Assembly: GCA_964618335.1 (NCBI GenBank)
Contig: CAZTYI010000002.1
Location: forward strand, 1 to 41,901
DNA: 41,901 nucleotides
Source: an uncultured bacterium
GTDB lineage: Bacteria > Chlamydiota > Chlamydiia > Chlamydiales > SM23-39
Direction of reading: 5' to 3'
Of this stretch, positions 22,487 to 31,689 are shown one piece after another. A program made the position numbers and the translations under genes. A model generated the notes under the pieces. That model did no database searches, had not been told where the DNA came from, and saw nothing but the letters and a program-made list of their open reading frames with translations. Each line of letters starts with the position of its first letter. Within the stretch, counting starts at the first letter, position 1.

Positions 22487-24667
22487 TCAATCGCCTCTTA
22501 AAATTGAAGAAGGATGCAGTTTGCAAGCTTTGATAGCCGGGATTAAACCAGCAGTAAGAGCTATGATCGGAGTAGCAATTAAAACAAAAGTCAGAGCATC
22601 CATACTTAAAATATTAGGCAGTTTGTTGCCGAAAAAGGCTACATTAAAAGCGTTATGTCCCTGAATTAAACTTAGAAAATTAACTAACACGTCTAAATGT
22701 TTCAGCGTAAATAAAGCTGCCGCTGTGCCAATTAAAGAACTTAACATCCCCATCGTAAAACCGCAGAACCCAAAGATAAAAGCAATGCTGGTTTTCGAAG
22801 CGCCCATAGATTGCAGAATAGCAATTTCTTTTTTCTTATCATTAATCAACAGCATCAAGAGAGAAATAATGTTAGAGCAGGCAACGATGATGATAATGAT
22901 CGCCACCAAAGTTAGAATCAGCCGGTCGCTTTGGAATTGCTGCATCAGATCTTTAGAAAACTCATATTCTTTATAAGTGTTGATTTTCCAGTATTTGGAA
23001 AGTCCTTTTTCGTCTAGCATTTTGGTTAGATCGGCTTTGATTGAATCGGCTTTTTTCAAATCATTGAACCAGACAAAGAGTCCATTATTGGAAAGCCCTT
23101 CTAAAGCTAAATTAGAAGAAGAGATAGAGCGCAGGACTTCTTCTGGAACTAAAATACAGCGTGTGCCGATTGGCAGAATACCAGGATCATAAAATCCAGC
23201 TGCATAGATCGTTAATCGATGTTCTTGAGTGGAAGTAGGGGTCTGCGAGGCAAAAGCCAAGTAGCCTAAATCTCCGAGTAAAACGCCGTTATCCTTGAGG
23301 GTTTTCGGTAGCAAGACAGGAAAAGCGTGGAAGTTTTGTGAAGGAATAGTCAATTTACCTTTTTCAGTCTGAAACCAAAAAGCTGGTTTTGTTTTTGAAG
23401 AGTTTTTATCTTTGGGAATATTTTCATCTTCATGTTCATCAAGTCTTGATTGATTAAATTGAGTAACCAGAGAACCGGCATTAGGATCAGCTTTAATAGG
23501 TTTAGCGTTATAGATTTCTAATCCGAAAAAATTAACTTCTCCTTGAATAGAGCGGTTTTGGATCCGTCCTTTAATGTTAAGACGGACATCTTCTAAAGTC
23601 AGCGCTTCTTTTAAAGATTTTAAGTTAAGATCAGCACTGAAAATGATTTTATCGTTAGATAAAATGGAAGCGCTAGAGCTGATCGGGTATTTGTCTCCTT
23701 CTTTAGAAGTGAAAACAAACCCTTTGGTTTCAAATTGAAAAGAGCCTGGCAATAGGCAAGAATGTTCTTTGGCTTCACTATCCTGAGGCAGCAGTAATTT
23801 TTCAATGCGTCCGTTGGAAAATGTAGCATATGCTTGAAAAGAACTATCTTTAGGGAAAAGAGCCAGCGGAAAAGCAAAGCCTTCGCTGGTAATAACTTTT
23901 TTAAGCTCGATGTTATGAAAAAAAATGGATAAATTTTCTTGTACTTCGGGTGAAAAAGGACCTTCGTTAGAAGGGAAGCCCAAGTCAGAAGACCTGTCGA
24001 TCTGCTTTAAAAGATTGTTGAGATCGTGAGCAGAGGGTTCTAACAGCAGTTTGTTAAAAGAGGGATTGTTTTGATTTAAAGTTAAAAGATAAGACATCTG
24101 CGAAATATAACTAAGCTTTTCATCATCGGCAAAAATAGAAGAGGCGGGTCTTGAAAGAGTCAGGCGCATTAACGCTCCGCTCATTTCAAAATCTTCATAA
24201 ACCAGCGAAGGCTCTTTTTGTTTTTTAGCATTTAAGACTTCATAGGTTTCTTTGATTATATCGATCTCTCGGCCCTCTTTAGTCTGCAGAGGTTTTGGCC
24301 AAAAAAGAGGAATTTCCATATCCTCAGATGGATTGTAAGGATTGGTTTTCACCGCTAAGGTTTTTTCTTTAATGGTTTTAAAAGAAAAATTAGAAGATGA
24401 GCTGACGCTATCGGAAAGATAATAATAAGAAGAATAATAGGCATCTGTTGGAGTCAGTCTAACCGGCGCATTTAAAGTGGTCAGTTTGTTGAGCCAGTTC
24501 TGCTCTAGACCGGAAGTGACTGATAAAAAAACTAAGACTAGCCAGACCACTAGCGAAATAATGACGACTGATACTAATGAGATAACAGTTCTAGAAAGAG
24601 CACTTTTTTTAGGTAGTAAATACTTAAGAGCTAATTTGAGTTCAAACATGTTTTTTTCTTTTTTCAA
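22487..24667 (-). CDS. LolC/LolE-like FtsX-family permease with a greatly expanded periplasmic domain
   Basis: The N-terminal TM follows ALKYLLPKK, as in the LolC/E N-terminus. A periplasmic stretch of about 540 aa comes next, then a C-terminal FtsX 3-TM module (ILQSMGASKTSIAFIFGFCG...). Confidence 0.72.
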   Translation of the reverse strand: MKKEKNMFELKLALKYLLPKKSALSRTVISLVSVVIISLVVWLVLVFLSVTSGLEQNWLNKLTTLNAPVRLTPTDAYYSSYYYLSDSVSSSSNFSFKTIKEKTLAVKTNPYNPSEDMEIPLFWPKPLQTKEGREIDIIKETYEVLNAKKQKEPSLVYEDFEMSGALMRLTLSRPASSIFADDEKLSYISQMSYLLTLNQNNPSFNKLLLEPSAHDLNNLLKQIDRSSDLGFPSNEGPFSPEVQENLSIFFHNIELKKVITSEGFAFPLALFPKDSSFQAYATFSNGRIEKLLLPQDSEAKEHSCLLPGSFQFETKGFVFTSKEGDKYPISSSASILSNDKIIFSADLNLKSLKEALTLEDVRLNIKGRIQNRSIQGEVNFFGLEIYNAKPIKADPNAGSLVTQFNQSRLDEHEDENIPKDKNSSKTKPAFWFQTEKGKLTIPSQNFHAFPVLLPKTLKDNGVLLGDLGYLAFASQTPTSTQEHRLTIYAAGFYDPGILPIGTRCILVPEEVLRSISSSNLALEGLSNNGLFVWFNDLKKADSIKADLTKMLDEKGLSKYWKINTYKEYEFSKDLMQQFQSDRLILTLVAIIIIIVACSNIISLLMLLINDKKKEIAILQSMGASKTSIAFIFGFCGFTMGMLSSLIGTAAALFTLKHLDVLVNFLSLIQGHNAFNVAFFGNKLPNILSMDALTFVLIATPIIALTAGLIPAIKACKLHPSSILRGD

Positions 24668-24733
24668 AACTTTTTTAATTTTTTAAAAAAAAGTTACTTT
24701 AAAAAAGACTATAGTACTTGTTAAAAAACTATA

Positions 24734-24892
24734 CTACTTAGCTTCTTTGAAAGTGACATGTTTTCTTAAAGTACGGTCGTATTTTTTGAGTTCTAGACGT
24801 TCAGTTGTATTGATTTTGTTTTTAGTGGTCCAGTAAACTTCTTTACTCTCGGTGCTTTTTAGTTTGATATTTTCTCGTGCTTTTTTTGCCAT
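24734..24892 (-). CDS. rpmG: 50S ribosomal protein L33
   Basis: Not in the ORF track. Translation is [52 protein letters not shown], the classic L33 pattern (K..Y.T.KNK....E+LELKKY.....KH..FKE.K). Confidence 0.9.
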   Translation of the reverse strand: MAKKARENIKLKSTESKEVYWTTKNKINTTERLELKKYDRTLRKHVTFKEAK

Positions 24893-24977
24893 TTTAATGT
24901 CCTTTTACAGAAATGAAGGAAGTATTTTTATTTTTAGTTAAATTTTAGCATCTGATTTCAATTAGAACAAGAGAAAA

Positions 24978-26003
24978 TCAGCTTATAGCTATACGGGGAT
25001 GGGCTTTCAGATCCCAAGGATCGCTAAGGTTGTTTTTGAAAAACTTCTGATAGCCCATGCCGGCGATCATAGCAGCATTGTCTAAACTCAAGCCTAGTTC
25101 AGGCCAAAAAATTGGTACAGAGAGTCCCTTTTTTTGAAACATCTCTCTAAGTTTCTGGTTATTAGTTACCCCGCCTCCTAGATAAACCGCTTTTAAGCCA
25201 TATTCCTGAACTGCTTGAGCAGCTTTTTCAATCACATCTTGAAAAGCCGCTTTTTGAAAACCTGCTGCAATGTGTTTTTTTTCTTCGCTAGGTAAAATAG
25301 AAGGAGAGGACTTGCAAGCTTTTTGCCCTTTGACTGTATAAAGAATTTTAGTTTTCAGACCGCTGAAAGAAAAATCATATTTATTAGGGGCTTTGGCCGG
25401 GTTGATATTATATTTTTTAGGATCTCCATTCTTAGCCAGTTTTTCAATATTAGGACCGCCTGGATAGGGCATGTCCAAGATAGAAGCGACTTTGTCAAAA
25501 GCTTCGCCGATAGCATCATCGATGGTAGAGCCTATTGGTTGATATTGTCCGATATCCCTGATTTCTAAAAAAACAGTATGTCCTCCAGATAACACAATGC
25601 CTAAAGCAGGGAAGACCAGCTTATCGAAATTGACCTGGTTCATCATCGAAGCATAAAGATGAGCTTCTATATGGTTGATGCCTATAAAGGGCTTTTTCCA
25701 GCTTAGAGCCAGCCCTTTGGCTGTGTTTAAGCCGATCAATAGTGCTCCGATCAGTCCTGGGCCTTTAGCCACCGCGATCAGATCGATTTGGTTGGGGGTG
25801 ACAGCGGCCTTTTTTAAAGCATTGTCGATCACCGGAATGATCATATCAATATGGGATCGGCAGGCCAGTTCTGGGAAGACGCCTCCGTATTTTTCGTGGA
25901 TTTCAGCTTGGGAAGCAATGATATTAGAGAGAATTTCATGGCCGTCTTTAACTACAGAAGCAGCGGTTTCATCACAGGAGGTTTCGATGCCTAGAACTAA
26001 CAT
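24978..26003 (-). CDS. tsaD: tRNA N6-adenosine threonylcarbamoyltransferase
   Basis: Motifs are GIETSCDETAASV, HIEAHLY and GGGVTNN; 341 aa. Confidence 0.93.
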   Translation of the reverse strand: MLVLGIETSCDETAASVVKDGHEILSNIIASQAEIHEKYGGVFPELACRSHIDMIIPVIDNALKKAAVTPNQIDLIAVAKGPGLIGALLIGLNTAKGLALSWKKPFIGINHIEAHLYASMMNQVNFDKLVFPALGIVLSGGHTVFLEIRDIGQYQPIGSTIDDAIGEAFDKVASILDMPYPGGPNIEKLAKNGDPKKYNINPAKAPNKYDFSFSGLKTKILYTVKGQKACKSSPSILPSEEKKHIAAGFQKAAFQDVIEKAAQAVQEYGLKAVYLGGGVTNNQKLREMFQKKGLSVPIFWPELGLSLDNAAMIAGMGYQKFFKNNLSDPWDLKAHPRIAIS

Positions 26004-26079
26004 ATAAAAAAGCTTTTTTGATTTAGAAATATAACAAAAAAAAGAATTTAGGACTAGTTCTGTTAATTGAAAAAAAAGA

Positions 26080-26520
26080 TTAGTTTTTGCTGTCTAAATA
26101 ATTTTGTAAAATAATCATAGCGGCTACTGGATCAGACATTTGACTTCTTTTTTTACGGCTATAATCTTTTTTTAACATTTTATCAGCCTGAGCAGAAGTC
26201 AGCCTTTCATCCCATAGAATAACTGGAATTGAGGGACCGAGTTTCTTTTCAAGTTTTTCTTTGAAAGTCTGGACATTGTCAGCCATTTCACCCTTTTTAC
26301 CAGATAGTAGCAAGGGGTTGCCGAGAACGATGGTTTCTATAGCGGTCTCTATCGGACGGCCTTGGGTAGCTTCTTGAATAGATTTGATTACTAAAGAAAC
26401 ATCTTGATTAGGGTTTTGGATTTCAAGGGTTTTTAAGGGCAGGGCAATCTTTTGGTTTGGATCGGAAAGAGCCAGACCAATTCGCTTTAAGCCGAAATCA
26501 ATAGCTAGAATACGTTTCAT
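26080..26520 (-). CDS. ruvX: Holliday junction resolvase-like nuclease YqgF/RuvX
   Basis: ILAIDFGLKRIGLALSD and WDERLTS; 146 aa. Confidence 0.88.
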   Translation of the reverse strand: MKRILAIDFGLKRIGLALSDPNQKIALPLKTLEIQNPNQDVSLVIKSIQEATQGRPIETAIETIVLGNPLLLSGKKGEMADNVQTFKEKLEKKLGPSIPVILWDERLTSAQADKMLKKDYSRKKRSQMSDPVAAMIILQNYLDSKN

Positions 26521-26588
26521 AAATTTATCAGAGATTTTAGCATATAACGCTAGAATTTTCCATCTAGAACTTTAGAAAAAGTAAGGAA

Positions 26589-28196
26589 TTATTTTCTTTT
26601 TTTTAGCATCGCCTGAACAAAAGCTAAAAAGAGTGGATGGGGGGCCAACGGCTTAGATTTAAATTCAGGATGGAATTGAACTGCCAGCATCCAGGGATGA
26701 TTCTTAATTTCTGCAATTTCAACTAAATTCTTACTCTTATAAAGACCAGAAAAAACCACACCCTTTTTTTCAAAAAGCTTTTTGTATTTGTTGTTGAACT
26801 CATAGCGGTGACGATGGCGCTCTGAAATGTGCTGTTTTTTATAAGCTCGAAAAGCCTTAGTCTTTTTAGCAAGCAGACAAGGATAGGCGCCAAGACGCAT
26901 CGTCCCGCCTAAGTTCTCTACATTTCTTTGCTCAGCCAATAAAGAAATTACAGCATCAGGGGTATCAGCATCCATTTCACTGGAATTAGCTTTTTTTAGC
27001 CCTAAAACATTTCTGGCAAACTCGATCAGCATAACCTGCAAACCAAGACAAATACCAAAATAAGGAATCTTTTTCTCTCGGCAATACTGAGCGGCTAAGA
27101 TTTTACCTTCCCAGCCTCTTCCGCCGAAACCTCCTGGTATCAAATAACCGTCGCAGCCTTTCATGACCTTTAGATCTTTTTTAGAATTGATTTGATCAGG
27201 TTCGATTTTTTTGATTTCTAATCTTTTTCCAACTTTGGCAGCTGAGTGATAAAGCGCTTCATAAATAGATTTATAGGCATCTGCATGGTCTACATATTTA
27301 CCGACAATGCCGACAGTTATTTTGCCTTTAGGAGCTATGATAGAGCGGATCATTTTCTTCCAGTCTTTTAAAGAAGAGGAACAGCAGTTCAGTTTGAGCT
27401 CTTCGCCGATCTTATCATCTATTTTTTGTTTTTTTAGTTCTAGGGGTACTTCGTAAATGCTATTTTTGACATCTTTGGCATCAAAGACATTCTCTTTTGC
27501 GACGTTGCAAAAAAGTGAAATTTTGCTCTTGATTTCATCGCTTAGTTCTTCTTCAGCTCGGCATAAAATCAGATCGGGAATTAAGCCTATACTACGCATA
27601 AGTTGAACTGACTGCTGGGTTGGTTTGGTTTTAAGCTCTTTTGCAGCTTTAATATAGGGAACATAAGTTAAATGGATATTTAGGCAGCGTTTAGGATGTT
27701 CTAAACGAAATTGCCTAACTGCTTCTAAAACCGGTAGGGATTCGATATCACCGACAGTACCGCCGATCTCTACGAAGACAACCTCGATTTCTTTAGACTG
27801 CTTGCAGCAAAGATTGATCCGTCGTTTGATTTCATTAGTCACATGGGGAATAACTTGCACAGTTTTACCTAAATAATCTCCCTTGCGTTCTCTTTTAATG
27901 ATTGTATCGTAGACTTGTCCGGAAGTAGCATTAGAGTTTTTAGAAAGAGGGGAGTTGGTAAATCTAAAATAATGGCCTAGATCTAAATCAGTTTCTGCTC
28001 CGTCATCAGTAACATAAACTTCACCATGTTGAAAGGGGCTCATCGTACCGGGATCGACATTCAGATAAGGATCGATTTTTAGCATCGCTATTTTGATGCC
28101 TTTTCTTTCTAAAAGCATAGCTAATGAGGCAGCAGCTAGTCCTTTACCTAAAGATGAAACTACGCCTCCGGTAACAAAGATGTATTTGACTGACAT
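26589..28196 (-). CDS. pyrG: CTP synthase
   Basis: KYIFVTGGVVSSLGKG, the GATase triad region GICLGLQ, and FHPEF; 535 aa. Confidence 0.96.
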   Translation of the reverse strand: MSVKYIFVTGGVVSSLGKGLAAASLAMLLERKGIKIAMLKIDPYLNVDPGTMSPFQHGEVYVTDDGAETDLDLGHYFRFTNSPLSKNSNATSGQVYDTIIKRERKGDYLGKTVQVIPHVTNEIKRRINLCCKQSKEIEVVFVEIGGTVGDIESLPVLEAVRQFRLEHPKRCLNIHLTYVPYIKAAKELKTKPTQQSVQLMRSIGLIPDLILCRAEEELSDEIKSKISLFCNVAKENVFDAKDVKNSIYEVPLELKKQKIDDKIGEELKLNCCSSSLKDWKKMIRSIIAPKGKITVGIVGKYVDHADAYKSIYEALYHSAAKVGKRLEIKKIEPDQINSKKDLKVMKGCDGYLIPGGFGGRGWEGKILAAQYCREKKIPYFGICLGLQVMLIEFARNVLGLKKANSSEMDADTPDAVISLLAEQRNVENLGGTMRLGAYPCLLAKKTKAFRAYKKQHISERHRHRYEFNNKYKKLFEKKGVVFSGLYKSKNLVEIAEIKNHPWMLAVQFHPEFKSKPLAPHPLFLAFVQAMLKKRK

Positions 28197-28990
28197 AGGA
28201 ATTTTTCTACCTTTAAAATATCATCAGGAACATCTACCCCTAACGGAGCTTCTTTTACGACTGCTACTTTTATGCGGTAGCCATGTTCCAAAATTTTTAA
28301 TTGTTCTAAATCTTCTGCCTGTTGCAAGGGGGTCTCTTCTAGCTGTGATAACAGCTTTAAAAAACCTGCTCGGTAGGCATAGATTCCAATATGATGATAA
28401 AAAAAAGTTTTGTCAAGATTTTTAGAAAAGGGCAGAGGCGAACGACTAAAATAAAGTGCCCTAAAATCTTGATCAAAGACGCATTTAACTATATGCGGAG
28501 AAAAAAGCTCTTCCGAATTTTTAATCGATGCACAAGCCGTTGAAGTTTGAGCTTTAGGATCTACTTGTAAACTTTGAATGGTTTTATCAATAGTCTCTTT
28601 GCTAATGCAGGGATTATCGCCCTGAATATTTACAATAATATCGCCTTGCAAATTGTATTTCTCGATAGCCTCGACAATTCTTTCAGTGCCATTTTTGCAA
28701 GAGGAACTGGTCATTAACGCTTTGCCGCCGAAGTTTTGGACATGATAGAAAATCTTTTCACTATCAGTAGCAATATAAATGTCTTCTAGAAGAGAACATT
28801 TAAGAGCACTATCATAAGTTCTTTGGATCAGACTTTTGCCTAAAATAAGAGAAAGAGACTTTTCTGGAAAACGGGAGCTGTTCAGACGTGCAGGAATGAT
28901 AGCGATGATTTTAGGCTTTTTATTATTTTTAATAGCATTGTGAAGAAAAGCCGCGAAAGGAGAAGTTGGATTATTAGATCTGCCTGACAT
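28160..28990 (-). CDS. kdsB: 3-deoxy-manno-octulosonate cytidylyltransferase (CMP-Kdo synthetase)
   Basis: IIAIIPARLNSSRFPEKSL and IVNIQGDNP. Its 3' end overlaps the pyrG start by 37 nt. Confidence 0.88.
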   Translation of the reverse strand: MSGRSNNPTSPFAAFLHNAIKNNKKPKIIAIIPARLNSSRFPEKSLSLILGKSLIQRTYDSALKCSLLEDIYIATDSEKIFYHVQNFGGKALMTSSSCKNGTERIVEAIEKYNLQGDIIVNIQGDNPCISKETIDKTIQSLQVDPKAQTSTACASIKNSEELFSPHIVKCVFDQDFRALYFSRSPLPFSKNLDKTFFYHHIGIYAYRAGFLKLLSQLEETPLQQAEDLEQLKILEHGYRIKVAVVKEAPLGVDVPDDILKVEKFLCQSNTSLLPEA

Positions 28991-29198
28991 AGAAATAAAA
29001 TTTTAGCTTAAGTTTTTAATTTTTAAGTTTTAATAAGATCTTGCCAATAAGAGAAATTAAGATCAATTTTTTAAGCTTAAAAAAAGCATTTATCAATAGA
29101 TAAAATAAAAACAAATTAACTTTAATTTGGCGTTTTTTTGGCTATTTTATTTAAAAAAATGCTAAAACTAAGAAAAAAGCCCCAAAACGAGGTATACA

Positions 29199-30881
29199 GT
29201 GCCTTTACCTTTAAGCCCGCTTGCTAAAAAAAGATTAGCCTATAAACCGGAAATGCCCCTAGTTTTAAAAAACATCCAAAACATAACTATAAATTCCAAA
29301 ACAATAACAGCGAAGTCTTCAAAAGTTAAAACCGACCCTAAAATAAAATCCTTTTTCAAAAAGAGCTTCGGTCAGCCGCTTGTCTCTCTTACAAAAAGCT
29401 CAAAAAAAGCTAAATCATCAAAAAATAAAGATAAAAATAAAAAACAGCTTTCGAAAAAGCCTTTAAAAGTCGGAGTCGTTTTTTCCGGAGGTCAAGCTCC
29501 TGGCGGACATAATGTCATTGCCGGCCTCTTTGACAGTATAAAACAACTACATCCCAAATCTGAACTTTTAGGCTTTTTGAATGGTCCATCAGGTATCGTT
29601 GATGGTAAATATAAGCCTATTACCAAACAAGCGCTGGAAAGCTACCGCAATCAAGGCGGCTTTGACCTGATCGGTTCCGGCAGAACCAAGATCGAAACCG
29701 AAGAGCAGTTAAAAGCTTCTTTAAAAACCGTCCAAAAGCTCAAACTCGACGGGCTCGTAGTTATCGGCGGAGATGATTCTAATACTAACGCAGCGGTGAT
29801 GGCCGAATACTTTTTAACTAAAGGCGCAAAAACTAAAGTTATAGGCGTGCCTAAAACTATAGATGGAGATCTGAGGGGAGAACATATCGAAACTTCTTTC
29901 GGTTTTGATACAGCGACTAAGGTCTATTCAGAAATGATCGGTAATATCGCCAAAGATGCTCTTTCAGCTAAAAAGTACTATCATTTTATCAAACTGATGG
30001 GAAGATCCGCTTCTCATGTAACTTTGGAATGTGCTTTGAAAACACAAGTTAATTTCGTCTTTATCGCAGAAGAAGTGTTAGCTCAAAAGCTCTCTTTATC
30101 ACAACTGGCCAATGAGCTTGGTCAAAAGATTGAAAAGCGCAGCCAAAAAGGCAAGAACTACGGAGTAGTCTTAATTCCTGAGGGTCTGATTGAATTTATT
30201 CCGGAAGTTAAGAATTTGATTAAAGAGCTGAATAATCTTTTAGCTGGTTCTTCTAAACAGACTAAAAACAAGAATAAAAATGAAAATAAAAACAACAAAA
30301 TAGCTAAAGAAGCGCAAAATAAAGCAGAGCAAGTCTCTCAGCAGCTTTCTGCTTCCAGCCGTCGTTGTTTTAACCTGTTGCCGACATTGATTAAAGAGCA
30401 GTTACTCTTCGACCGCGATCCTCATGGCAATGTCCAAGTCTCGAAAATTGAAACGGAAAAATTGCTAATGGAACTGGTAGCTGAAAAATTAAAAGGTAAG
30501 AGCTCTGGTAAGAATAAAAAAGTTAAATTCAAAGCCCAGCCTCATTTTTTTGGCTATGAAGGCAGAGCTGGATTACCAACTAATTTCGATGCTGATTACT
30601 GCTATAGTTTAGGTTTCACAGCGGTGGCTTTAATTAAAGCAGAACTGACCGGTTACATGGCTGGTTTAAAAGGTCTTTCTCAAAAAGCCTCTAACTGGCA
30701 GCCTATAGGTGTTCCATTAACATCAATGATGAAAATGGAAATGCGTAAAGGGAAAGAAAAGCCAGTGATTCAAAAAGCGCTAGTGGATTTAAAGGGGAAA
30801 GATTTTAAACGCTTTCAAAAAGAGCGTCGAAAATGGGAAGAGTCAGATGTTTATCTCTGTCCCGGTCCTTATCAGTTTTAA
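29199..30881 (+). CDS. pfp: pyrophosphate-dependent phosphofructokinase
   Basis: GGQAPGGHNV; GGDDSNTNAA, where the Asp (Gly in ATP-PFKs) marks PPi types; PKTIDGDL; MGRSASH. GTG start with a gagg RBS. There are two Lys/Asn-rich low-complexity inserts. Confidence 0.88.
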   Translation: MPLPLSPLAKKRLAYKPEMPLVLKNIQNITINSKTITAKSSKVKTDPKIKSFFKKSFGQPLVSLTKSSKKAKSSKNKDKNKKQLSKKPLKVGVVFSGGQAPGGHNVIAGLFDSIKQLHPKSELLGFLNGPSGIVDGKYKPITKQALESYRNQGGFDLIGSGRTKIETEEQLKASLKTVQKLKLDGLVVIGGDDSNTNAAVMAEYFLTKGAKTKVIGVPKTIDGDLRGEHIETSFGFDTATKVYSEMIGNIAKDALSAKKYYHFIKLMGRSASHVTLECALKTQVNFVFIAEEVLAQKLSLSQLANELGQKIEKRSQKGKNYGVVLIPEGLIEFIPEVKNLIKELNNLLAGSSKQTKNKNKNENKNNKIAKEAQNKAEQVSQQLSASSRRCFNLLPTLIKEQLLFDRDPHGNVQVSKIETEKLLMELVAEKLKGKSSGKNKKVKFKAQPHFFGYEGRAGLPTNFDADYCYSLGFTAVALIKAELTGYMAGLKGLSQKASNWQPIGVPLTSMMKMEMRKGKEKPVIQKALVDLKGKDFKRFQKERRKWEESDVYLCPGPYQF

Positions 30882-30942
30882 GAGAAATGGAACTCTTTTT
30901 TAATAGATCAAAATGAAGATCGAATAAAACATAGATCAGAAT

Positions 30943-31653
30943 ATGGATTGGCTTTTAGATTATTTTCGTTTTAAAAAGCAGGTTAAAAAAGAACTGCCCT
31001 CGACTTTGCATTTTCTCAATAAAAGACCTCTTCCTAAGAATGTAAAAATCAAACTAGAAGAAGAAGGCCAAACCAAGCTTTTAACTAAAGCAGAGTTTGA
31101 AGAAAAGTTTGAGGTCGAACTTTTGCAAGGACTTTATTTTAACCATTTGAAAGAGTTAGAAAAAATAGTTCAAAATTGCATTCAGGCTTGGAAAATAGCG
31201 AATATCAGCGCATTAGAGAGATGGCTAGGTGCTTATCTAGAAGAAGAGCTCACCAATGGAACCTTTGGTCCGGTCTATCTTAAATGGATTGATCCTTATA
31301 AAGGATATGGGCTCTTTGCTGATCAAGATCTGCCAAAAGATACTTATATTGGAGAATATGCAGGCCTAGTACGAAAACATAAAAAAGGGCTGGATGAGGC
31401 TAACGCTTATTGTTTTGAATACCCAGTTTATTTTAACGGCAAAACGCCCTTCACGATCGATGCTAAAGAAGAGGGCAATCTCTTGCGGTTTATTAACCAT
31501 AGTGACAGACCTAATTTACATTTAAAGCCGGTCTATAGCCAGGGTATTATGCATATTATTTTGAGAACTAAAGAAGTAGTTGCTAAAGGTACAGAGCTGA
31601 CTTATGATTATGGGCCTACTTATTGGAAAAAAAGGCCAAAGCCTATTTCTTAG
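30943..31653 (+). CDS. SET-domain protein lysine methyltransferase
   Basis: Motifs are GYGLFADQDLPKDTYIGEYAG, RFINHSDRPN and ELTYDYG; 236 aa. Confidence 0.85.
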   Translation: MDWLLDYFRFKKQVKKELPSTLHFLNKRPLPKNVKIKLEEEGQTKLLTKAEFEEKFEVELLQGLYFNHLKELEKIVQNCIQAWKIANISALERWLGAYLEEELTNGTFGPVYLKWIDPYKGYGLFADQDLPKDTYIGEYAGLVRKHKKGLDEANAYCFEYPVYFNGKTPFTIDAKEEGNLLRFINHSDRPNLHLKPVYSQGIMHIILRTKEVVAKGTELTYDYGPTYWKKRPKPIS

Positions 31654-31689
31654 ATCAATAGAAAAATCAGATTAATAAGAGGTTTTTGA

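Noticed and set aside
25323-26007. 81-aa and 110-aa plus-strand ORFs antisense to tsaD
   Set aside because: They lie completely inside a highly conserved gene on the other strand and have no RBS. The same reasoning applies to 28093-28425, which is antisense to pyrG/kdsB.
28991-29198. Possible replication origin at the divergent kdsB|pfp spacer, where coding polarity flips from a long minus-strand run to mostly plus strand
   Set aside because: No DnaA-box cluster is present (the best is a 7/9 match, ttatcaata). There is no dnaA or dnaN nearby, and a minus-strand trio reappears at 32.5-34.5 kb. A cumulative GC-skew plot of the genome would be needed.
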